Position numbers and translations under genes: made by a program | DNA from: Bacteroidota bacterium | Lineage (GTDB): Bacteria > Bacteroidota > Ignavibacteria > UBA10030 > UBA8401 | Assembly: GCA_049317705.1 (NCBI GenBank) | Contig: JBMOHT010000049.1 | Span: 1-23,144 of the forward strand | Reading direction: 5' to 3' | Length of the DNA: 23,144 bases | Notes under the pieces: model-generated | What the model was told of the DNA's origin: nothing | What the model saw: the letters and a program-made list of their open reading frames with translations, nothing else | Database searches by the model: none | Part shown: positions 1-7,187 of the stretch, one piece after another | Position numbering within the stretch: position 1 is the first letter of the stretch | How the letters are laid out: every line of letters starts with the position of its first letter

Positions 1-53
1 CTGATGACCTGCTGATTACAAATCAGCTGCTCTACCAACTGAGCTATGCCAGC
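1..53 (-). tRNA. tRNA-Thr (anticodon UGU), 3' part cut off by the window edge
   Basis: The reverse complement of 1-53 reads GCTGGCATAGCTCAGTTGGTAGAGCAGCTGATTTGTAATCAGCAGGTCATCAG. It shows an acceptor arm, a GCTC/GAGC D-stem with an AGTTGGTA loop, and a GCTGA/TCAGC anticodon stem around the loop TT-TGT-AA. A variable loop and the start of the T-arm follow. About 20 nt lie beyond position 1. Confidence 0.9.
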
Positions 54-68
54 ATTTATTCAAAGAAT

Positions 69-120
69 CAATGCTCTTTTGAGAAACACCGGAATCCCGA
101 TGTTTCTCGAAAAGGCATTG
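69..120 (-). other. Long imperfect hairpin between the candidate promoter and the tRNA (leader or REP-like element)
   Basis: The arm caatgctcttttgagaaaca (69-88) pairs with tgtttctcgaaaaggcattg (101-120) at 17 of 20 positions around a 12-nt loop. Confidence 0.5.
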
Positions 121-132
121 TGACGGAGTTAA

Positions 133-162
133 CAAATATATACTTTTTTACAAGAAAGTCAA
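133..162 (-). promoter_or_regulatory. Candidate promoter for the tRNA-Thr transcript
   Basis: The minus strand reads TTGACT (162..157), 16 nt, then TATATT (140..135). The extended TATATTTG (140..133) also fits the Bacteroidota-type TAnnTTTG box. It sits about 80 nt upstream of the tRNA 5' end. Confidence 0.4.
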
Positions 163-194
163 CAAGATATGCGTTAAAAAATACTAACCTAGGA

Positions 195-1976
195 CTAGTA
201 TTTTATGGGGATTTCTGAGGCTTTTTTGAGGTAAAACTGAGCAGGGATGCTCTTTCCGTGAACTTCTTCATACTGCGCTCTCAATAAAAGGGCATTTCTT
301 GTCAGCATCGTGATCTGGCGGGAATAGGAATCCGTCCCGCTAAAATTACGGAATTGAATTTCGGGATCTGATATCGGATGATACAGAGTGTCCGTGGAAA
401 GCCGAAGTACGAGTCCTTCAGGAATACGGATAAATCCTGCGGTGTATTGTGTCTCGATTTCGGGAGTGATGAATATGGTGCGGTCCGGATTTTTCTGAAT
501 GAAGCTGTTCAACAGCTGCGTATAACGGCTTTCAATAACTGTAAAATCGTATGGAAGATCATGCTCGAATTTGTATAGTTCTACCAAGAATAGTTGTATC
601 TCCTTCTGTGACCTACGGGACAAATCAGGATGCATCTTTTCCAACTGAGCGAAATACCATGAACGGCGGAGCAGTTCCTTATCGATCACTGTCACATCCG
701 GACGAAGTCCGTTCACATACTGATAATAGTAGGAAGCCGCGACAAAGTAATCCCACTGGTAGGAAATAACGATCGCATCGGGGGGAAGGTTCAGGAGGAT
801 GTTCTTAGTATAATCCTCTACGAGGTAGTTAGTGCTTTGATCCACTTCTCCCTTGTTAATATAGAGCTGCGCTCCGGCAATAATCAACAATACGGATGCC
901 GTAATTCCACGTGCCACTCCCCCGTCAAACCGATCAAGCAGTAGACGGATGCCAAAGGACGCAAAGAACCCAATGGAGATAAATGCGAGAAGAAAATACG
1001 AGTCGATATCATGGATATCATAATTGACAGAGTAGGCTACGCATGTTACCAGCAACAATGATATAAAAACAAATTTCCTCCGTTCGTTGAAGAGCAAAAC
1101 GACAGCACCGATGCCGGCAAGAATGAGAACGGGAAAGAAGAATTCATTCGTCAGGTTATTAAAAAAATAATTGAGCTGACGCTGTGCCGCCTCCGTTGAG
1201 GAGAACATGAAAATGCGAAATTGCTTTCCTGTGAAGTGCCACCAGAACCGTTCCGCTGTCTGTGGATTTCCCCAGTTGAGCAAGGGCTGCTGCAAAGCGC
1301 GGACCGGCAGATAGAGATACAGTGAAAGTCCTGCGATGAAAGGCGCGGCAAGTATCCCGATCTTTTTAAAGGACGCTCTATTAAAACCATGATCTGCAAA
1401 GAACCAATAAAGCATCGCCGGTGCAAGAAGGATGGTTGTGAGATGATTCGTGAATGACAGTCCGACCATGAATGCGAACAACAGCCAGTGATTATAGGAA
1501 CGGAACTTCAATGCGTTCACGAAGAGTAAGAGATCGGTCATGATCAGAAGCAGGTGCAGAGAATAGACCTCAATGGCTAGCCCCTGGAACCAAAATGTCC
1601 TAGAAAAGCCTATAAACATTGATGAAATTGAGGCGGCGGCCAAGGCACTCCACTTGTTCCCCTTCGTTCCATCATCTATTATAGAGATGACCGTGAAGAA
1701 AAAAATTACAACGGAAATGGAAGTGGCAAAAGCAGCAAAGATATTCAGGCGGACGATCATCGCCTGAGCGACGGGAAGTGAGGACCATATCTTCGTGATG
1801 AGGGTAAAGAGCGGATATCCCGTGGGATGAGCGATACCGAGTGAGACGGCAACGGTAGATAATTCTCCGCTGTCGATGAATCCTATCGTCGGCGCCATGG
1901 TGAGGCAATAGACAGAAAAAACGGCAAGCCCGATGAGTGATGCTGTTAAGTATTTTATGGTGTTATAAGAGAACAT
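195..1976 (-). CDS. DUF2723 / TMEM260-like (GT-C type) polytopic membrane glycosyltransferase-like protein
   Basis: 593-aa ORF. The N-terminus LTMAPTIGFIDSGELSTVAVSLGIAHPTGYPLFTL matches the DUF2723 signature (AP-T/S-V..D.GE....LG.aHPpG.PLF). About 10 hydrophobic helices are followed by a soluble C-terminal domain. Confidence 0.8.
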   Translation of the reverse strand: MFSYNTIKYLTASLIGLAVFSVYCLTMAPTIGFIDSGELSTVAVSLGIAHPTGYPLFTLITKIWSSLPVAQAMIVRLNIFAAFATSISVVIFFFTVISIIDDGTKGNKWSALAAASISSMFIGFSRTFWFQGLAIEVYSLHLLLIMTDLLLFVNALKFRSYNHWLLFAFMVGLSFTNHLTTILLAPAMLYWFFADHGFNRASFKKIGILAAPFIAGLSLYLYLPVRALQQPLLNWGNPQTAERFWWHFTGKQFRIFMFSSTEAAQRQLNYFFNNLTNEFFFPVLILAGIGAVVLLFNERRKFVFISLLLVTCVAYSVNYDIHDIDSYFLLAFISIGFFASFGIRLLLDRFDGGVARGITASVLLIIAGAQLYINKGEVDQSTNYLVEDYTKNILLNLPPDAIVISYQWDYFVAASYYYQYVNGLRPDVTVIDKELLRRSWYFAQLEKMHPDLSRRSQKEIQLFLVELYKFEHDLPYDFTVIESRYTQLLNSFIQKNPDRTIFITPEIETQYTAGFIRIPEGLVLRLSTDTLYHPISDPEIQFRNFSGTDSYSRQITMLTRNALLLRAQYEEVHGKSIPAQFYLKKASEIPIKY

Positions 1977-2121
1977 TCGATGACGAATTTATTCGAAGTC
2001 ATTTCAAAAACAGAATATATTTTTTATCCAAGTGTCATTCCTGAATAATTTTGGCGGGAATCCATACTACCGGACCCCCGGTAGGAGCATTTTCCGTCAC
2101 AAAGTGATGGCTTCGCCAAAG

Positions 2122-2295
2122 GATCGAGGCTGTGTCAAAAGCCGAATTTTTTCCAAGTCATTCTGAACGAAGTGAAGAATCTGGAACGAAGTGAAGAATC
2201 TGGAACGAAAGCAGACACTTCGCTGCCTGCCCGACTGATGTCGGTCAGGCGGGCGCTCAGTGTGGCATAATTAGAGTTTTGACACAGTCTCGATC
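2122..2295. repeat. Nested palindromic intergenic element (REP/MITE-like), copy 1
   Basis: The outer inverted repeat gatcgaggctgtgtcaaaa (2122-2140) / ttttgacacagtctcgatc (2277-2295) matches at 18 of 19 positions. It encloses a 19-bp tandem repeat and the inner hairpin gcctgcccgac-tgat-gtcggtcaggc (2225-2250). Confidence 0.7.
2165..2209. repeat. 19-bp tandem direct repeat, about 2.4 copies (gaacgaagtgaagaatctg)
   Basis: Identical copies lie at 2165-2183 and 2184-2202, with a partial third copy gaacgaa at 2203-2209. Confidence 0.9.
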
Positions 2296-2439
2296 CCTTC
2301 GGGACGGGGTGACAACGATATTTTAAGATAGTGTTTAAAAAAATTAATGCCGCGCTTCACAAGGAAAATACGAAGATTCCGTGAATTACGGCAATAGAAT
2401 TCTTATGAAGGTCTTTCTCTGTGCGCGAAGCTCAGACCA

Positions 2440-3006
2440 TTATGAACGCACATCTGCATCGATCTGAAGATCGTTCTTCATTGTTACCAGCAGCTCTTTC
2501 AGATCGGAGAGCATTAGCGCTGTCTTCTTTTCCGTTGAAACTGACGATGGTAAATGACTGCACAGAGTGTCGAACTTTCTGACCGCTTCCAACATTTTTG
2601 TTTTATCAAGGACAATCTGTTTGCCGGATCTGCAGCTTCGGATACCATTATAGATCCTGGCAAACAGCTCATCCGAAGAGAACGGCTTGATCACATAATC
2701 ATTCGCACCGGCATTGAAGGCTTCGACGATATTTTCCGTCATGATCCTGCCGGAAAGCATAATAACATAGAGGTTGATATCCATTTTCTTCTTGCGGATT
2801 GTCGCGAGAACCTCTATCCCGGAAATATTCGGCAGTTCCCAATCCAACAGCATGATATCCGGATGGAACGAACCGAGCAATGCCAATCCCTGCTCGGCAT
2901 TGGCTGCAGCTTTTACATCAAAACCATTTTCCGTCAATATCATCTTTATCTGTTCGAGATAGAACTGGTCGTCATCAATTACTAAAATTCGATTTTTTAT
3001 ATCCAT
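2440..3006 (-). CDS. Orphan CheY-like response regulator (REC domain plus a ~60-aa C-terminal extension of unknown function)
   Basis: 188 aa. The REC motifs are ILVIDDD, DIMLLDWELPNISG (acceptor Asp), VIMLSG and DYVIKPF (conserved Lys). AAAGGA lies 13 nt upstream of the ATG. Confidence 0.85.
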   Translation of the reverse strand: MDIKNRILVIDDDQFYLEQIKMILTENGFDVKAAANAEQGLALLGSFHPDIMLLDWELPNISGIEVLATIRKKKMDINLYVIMLSGRIMTENIVEAFNAGANDYVIKPFSSDELFARIYNGIRSCRSGKQIVLDKTKMLEAVRKFDTLCSHLPSSVSTEKKTALMLSDLKELLVTMKNDLQIDADVRS

Positions 3007-3058
3007 ATTATTACTTCATCCTTTCTATATCAGATATTTCCCTGCCCTGAATTATCAT

Positions 3059-3207
3059 TAGAGCGCATCTCAAAAATGGTTATACATTGTCATGCCGAGC
3101 GCCCGCCTGACCGCATGGCGGGCAGGTAGTCGAGGCATGATTCACGTGAATTGTCACACTTCGACTCCGCTCAGTGTGACAATATTTCGTTTTTGAGATG
3201 CGCTCTA
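3059..3207. repeat. Nested palindromic intergenic element, copy 2
   Basis: A perfect 18-bp outer inverted repeat tagagcgcatctcaaaaa (3059-3076) / tttttgagatgcgctcta (3190-3207) encloses two inner hairpins. One is gtcatgcc...ggcatga around gcccgcc/ggcgggc (about 3089-3140). The other is ttgtcacact-N12-agtgtgacaa (3151-3182). Confidence 0.75.
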
Positions 3208-3247
3208 GTGCTGTTTCTCAAAAGTAATATTGTATTTGATCATCCTT

Positions 3248-3343
3248 CGGCGCGCGCCGCACCATGGTCATCCTGAGCAAGGCTCGAATTTCTTGATGGC
3301 CGCGTCGAAGGACCTCAAAATGTGCGGCGCTTGCTCAGGATGA
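3248..3343. repeat. GC-rich palindromic element with interleaved repeat arms, copy 3
   Basis: It contains a 12-bp perfect palindrome cggcgcgcgccg (3248-3259). Arm A gcgccgcac (3254-3262) pairs with gtgcggcgc (3322-3330). Arm B tcatcctgagcaag (3268-3281) pairs with cttgctcaggatga (3330-3343). Confidence 0.7.
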
Positions 3344-3390
3344 ACAATATTTTTACAAGATAATTTATGAGAAGTGGCACTAGTAATATT

Positions 3391-4770
3391 TCAGGATCCT
3401 TCTTTCATTCCATTCAATATCTTGTGAAGCCCCTGTCTTGTGATACCGGCCTTCTCCGCGGCTTTCGATATATTTCCGTTCGTTGATTTCAACAGAGTGC
3501 CGAAATACCGTTTCTTGAATTTCATATCCGCCTGCTTGTATGTGAGGACACCGTTGTTTCCGTTCTCATCTTCGGCCGCTTCGTGCACGCGGTCGAAGAA
3601 CGAACTGTTGCGGAGCGGGAACAGATCTTTCGTCAGTGTATTGTCGCGGGTATACGCCATAGCATTCTTCACGGCATTCTCCAGTTCACGGACATTCCCG
3701 GGCCAGGAATATTCTTCGAGATATTCCTGCACATCCTTCGGGATGACCATCTCGGCGTTGATCGGTGAACCGTACAGTTTCAGAAAATACTTCACGAGCG
3801 GAATAATGTCATTCTTCCTGGTACGCAGCGGAGGGACATTGAGCATGACACCGGAGATGCGGTAATAGAAATCCTCGCGCATTCTCCCCTTCACCACGAC
3901 ATCCTTCAAATCCTCGTTGGTCGCCATGATTATTCGAAGATCCACTTTGATCTCGGGCTTGCGGGGATCGTAACCGACACGGGAGAAACTTTTATACTGC
4001 ATAAAATGAAGCAGTTTCAGTTGAACTGATTCGGTGAGCGAGGATACCTCGGGGATATATATGGTCCCCCCATTCGCCGCTTCGAATTTACCTATTTTCA
4101 TCGTTTCCGCACCGGAATATGCCCCTTTTTCATGACCGAACAATTCTGATTCGATCAATTGTTCATTGAGACTTCGCAGGGAAATGGGAATGAACGGTTT
4201 GTCGGGATTCTGACTGCGACGGTGGATCTCGAACGCAATCCTATCCTTACCGACACCGGTCTCACCATTGATGAGCACATCGAACGGAACCCCGGCGAGG
4301 CGGTCGATCTCCTGTTGAATGGACTGCATCTTTTCGGAAACAACGATGAAGGTGTTCTGTTTGTCGTTGAATGTATCCTGCAGGAGATTCACATGCAGTT
4401 CAAGATCGCGGTGTTCCAGCGCTTTGTTGATCTTTGTGGCAAGATATTCCACGGTGAAATCTTTCTGGACAAAATCGTATGCGCCGTATTTGATGGTCTC
4501 TACGACATTGTTCAGATCGCCGTAATCCGTAACGATGATGACCGGCACATATTTATCGATCTCTTTCTTGATCACTTTCAGCACTTCCAATCCGTTGATA
4601 TCAGGAAGATCCAGGTCGAGAAGAATGACATCGACATGATCGGTCCTGAGCACTTCCAGAGCGCGCTTTCCGTTGTGAGCTTTAACGATAGTGTATCGTC
4701 CTTCCAGGAGCGATTCGACATCGTTCGTAAATGAGATATTGTCGTCGACGAGCAGAAGTTTTTTCTTCAT
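3391..4770 (-). CDS. Sigma-54-dependent response regulator / enhancer-binding protein (REC, AAA+ sigma-54 interaction domain, Fis-type HTH; NtrC family)
   Basis: 459 aa. REC motifs: LLLVDDN, VILLDLDLPDING. Walker A is GETGVGKD. The sigma-54 contact loop reads ESELFGHEKGAYSGA. The arginine-finger region is REDFYYRI. The C-terminal HTH is GNISKAAEKAGITRQGLHKIL. Its start overlaps the upstream stop by 4 nt (4767-4770). Confidence 0.9.
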   Translation of the reverse strand: MKKKLLLVDDNISFTNDVESLLEGRYTIVKAHNGKRALEVLRTDHVDVILLDLDLPDINGLEVLKVIKKEIDKYVPVIIVTDYGDLNNVVETIKYGAYDFVQKDFTVEYLATKINKALEHRDLELHVNLLQDTFNDKQNTFIVVSEKMQSIQQEIDRLAGVPFDVLINGETGVGKDRIAFEIHRRSQNPDKPFIPISLRSLNEQLIESELFGHEKGAYSGAETMKIGKFEAANGGTIYIPEVSSLTESVQLKLLHFMQYKSFSRVGYDPRKPEIKVDLRIIMATNEDLKDVVVKGRMREDFYYRISGVMLNVPPLRTRKNDIIPLVKYFLKLYGSPINAEMVIPKDVQEYLEEYSWPGNVRELENAVKNAMAYTRDNTLTKDLFPLRNSSFFDRVHEAAEDENGNNGVLTYKQADMKFKKRYFGTLLKSTNGNISKAAEKAGITRQGLHKILNGMKEGS

Positions 4771-7187
4771 GGCATGAGAAGGTTAATGGTAAAAATTGTG
4801 CCGGTCGGTTCGTTTTCCGTAAAGGAGATACGGCCGCCGTACTCTTTGATAATATTCTGTGTATAGTACAACCCGAATCCGTGTCCTGTATTCTTTGATG
4901 ACGTACCGAACGAAAAGATCTCGTTCTTCACGTGGTGGGCGATGCCGGGACCGTTGTCCAGGATCTTGATGTATGCATATTCACCCTGCACGGAGATGAT
5001 GATATCGATGGATGGACCCTCCTGACGATCGGAACTCAGCGAGAAGGCCTCGATGGCATTCTTCAGAATGATCATCATAACTTCGGACAATTCGGACCGG
5101 CGAATGATGCCGAGGATCTGCATTTCGGTCGGATGGACCGTGATCCTGTATTCACCGGAATCGGAACGGATGGAATGGACAACATCCAGGACCGTCTGGT
5201 TCACATCGCATGTATAGTTCTGTTTGATGCTCTTGTTGAGCTTGACGATGGAGGATTTCAGTTCTTTGAGATTATGATAGAATAATTCGATCGATTCACG
5301 CTGGAACGGTCCGGACGACCTCTTCTTCCCTCCCGTTCGGGAAAGGATCATCTTCAGATAGTCATAATTGAATTTATTCAATTTGAGAATGTTCTCCGTA
5401 GTCTTTTGGAACGAATTATCCTTGAACTCACGAAGCGACAATTCCGACAGGAGCTGGGAGTACATCACCAGAGTATTCAGTTCCGGATAGACCCTGGTGA
5501 GGTATTCATTGATGACGATGGTGATCCTACGGACTATATTATTCTCGCCCGCATCACCATTCTCCAAAGATGAAAGCATGGAGAACTGTTCCGCATTTCG
5601 GGAGAATAGGAGCAGCCTATTGATGATCATCAGCAGACTTTCGCCATGACGGTACATTCGGAGTTTCATGAAGATCTTTTGGAACAGTTCGTTCTGTTTG
5701 ACGGTCTCGGGTTGGTGTCCTTCCTTCTGCGATGTGACTTTTGCAATAACGGAGACGGCGATAACCTTATTCGATTCGTTACAGATGGGGGTCCACTGCA
5801 TTGCGAACAGAACATCATCGCCATGAATGGAGAATGATTCGGCCGACATGACGGTCTGATTCGATTCGATGACATTCCGGATGTTCGATGAGAAGATATC
5901 TTTCAGGCCGTCGTCGGACGGTTTCTTTCCGATGACCGATAACGGGAACGGAGCATATTTTGTCGAGGGCTTATAATAGACAATCCGTCCGTCGGTATCG
6001 TGGATCCACAGTACATCATCGATCGCATCGGTGAGCTGTTTAAAGATATCATACCGCTCCATCAGCGCTTTCTCATGCTCCTTTTCCGTAGTGACATCCA
6101 TAATAAAGAAGAGGATGCAGGGCATTTCATGCACTTCGATCGTTTCATACTGCAGCATACCAAAGCGTACCTCACCATTCTTGGTGACATATTCGATCTC
6201 AACAGAACCCATAAACTGCTTCAGCGTCAGCCGACTGGTCTGGATCCCTTCGAGCAGCTGCCAGTTGAATATCCTGGAGTGAGAGATCGGCGAACCCAAC
6301 AGTTCGTCGGGTGAATACCGAGTATTCTCGCAGAAGGCCTCATTCACATCGATGAAGCAGCCTGAATCACGGCCATAGATGCACATCATAGAAGGACTGG
6401 AGAAGAAGACCGTGGAGAATTTATTTTCGGAGAGCTTGAGTGCTTCTTCGTTCAGTTTCTTTTCGGTGATATCCCGAATGACGCAGAGCAGTTCCTCTTT
6501 GATCCGGAACGGCATGACGCGGACCTCAAAGTAGCGGGGACCGTTATCATCCGAGATACCGAACTCAAGGTATTCGATGGTCTGGTTCTGCAGCACGGAT
6601 TCCATCCGCCGGTTCATTTCATCGCGGCTCGTTTCCGGAAACATGGTCAGGATATTCCGGTGAGCAGTTTGTAACGAAGAGAACATGAGCAGAGTCCGGT
6701 TATTCCCGTACTGTTCCACAATATCGCCAAGCTTAGTGATACGAAAGAACATATCCGGAAGTGTTTCGAACAGTGAATTCAGTTCTCCTACGGTATTATG
6801 CAGCTGCTGTTCAAGTTCGTATCGCCTTAAACGTGCATTCAGCGACAGCATCAGTTCCTGTTCGGTAAACGGTTTTTGGATGATATCATCCGCGCCAAGA
6901 TGCATCCCTTTGCGCTGAAGGTCCCGGTCCGTCAGACTGGTCATCATCACGATGGGGATCTCGTTGAACTCTTCCCGTGAACGGAGGAACTCGATGACAC
7001 TGTACCCGTCGCCGCGGTCCATCACGATGTCGCACAGGATAATGGCGGGAGGCTGCTGTTGGATCATCTGCACAGCAGTGTAACCGTCATGCGCCGTGCG
7101 GATATCAAACGTATCCTCCAGAACCGCAGATACAATACTGCAGATGGTCTCATCATCATCGACAAGAAGGAGGTCCTTCATTTTCAT
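4767..7187 (-). CDS. REC, ~3 PAS domains and a HATPase_c domain; sensor-kinase-like protein with no recognisable canonical H-box
   Basis: 806 aa. N-terminal REC: LLLVDDDE, IILCDIVMDRGDG, DIIQKPF. PAC-end motifs: RDITEKK, MDVTTEK, AKVTSQK. C-terminal ATPase motifs: N-box ILKNAIEA, DNGPGI, GHGFGL. Its start overlaps the upstream stop (7184-7187). Confidence 0.8.
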   Translation of the reverse strand: MKMKDLLLVDDDETICSIVSAVLEDTFDIRTAHDGYTAVQMIQQQPPAIILCDIVMDRGDGYSVIEFLRSREEFNEIPIVMMTSLTDRDLQRKGMHLGADDIIQKPFTEQELMLSLNARLRRYELEQQLHNTVGELNSLFETLPDMFFRITKLGDIVEQYGNNRTLLMFSSLQTAHRNILTMFPETSRDEMNRRMESVLQNQTIEYLEFGISDDNGPRYFEVRVMPFRIKEELLCVIRDITEKKLNEEALKLSENKFSTVFFSSPSMMCIYGRDSGCFIDVNEAFCENTRYSPDELLGSPISHSRIFNWQLLEGIQTSRLTLKQFMGSVEIEYVTKNGEVRFGMLQYETIEVHEMPCILFFIMDVTTEKEHEKALMERYDIFKQLTDAIDDVLWIHDTDGRIVYYKPSTKYAPFPLSVIGKKPSDDGLKDIFSSNIRNVIESNQTVMSAESFSIHGDDVLFAMQWTPICNESNKVIAVSVIAKVTSQKEGHQPETVKQNELFQKIFMKLRMYRHGESLLMIINRLLLFSRNAEQFSMLSSLENGDAGENNIVRRITIVINEYLTRVYPELNTLVMYSQLLSELSLREFKDNSFQKTTENILKLNKFNYDYLKMILSRTGGKKRSSGPFQRESIELFYHNLKELKSSIVKLNKSIKQNYTCDVNQTVLDVVHSIRSDSGEYRITVHPTEMQILGIIRRSELSEVMMIILKNAIEAFSLSSDRQEGPSIDIIISVQGEYAYIKILDNGPGIAHHVKNEIFSFGTSSKNTGHGFGLYYTQNIIKEYGGRISFTENEPTGTIFTINLLMP

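Noticed and set aside
2165-2209. The tandem 19-bp repeat read as a possible CRISPR array or VNTR-encoded peptide.
   Set aside because: The copies are directly adjacent with no spacers, there are only 2.4 of them, and no cas genes are present. The repeat sits inside a larger palindromic element, so it is better seen as a local duplication of a repeat arm.
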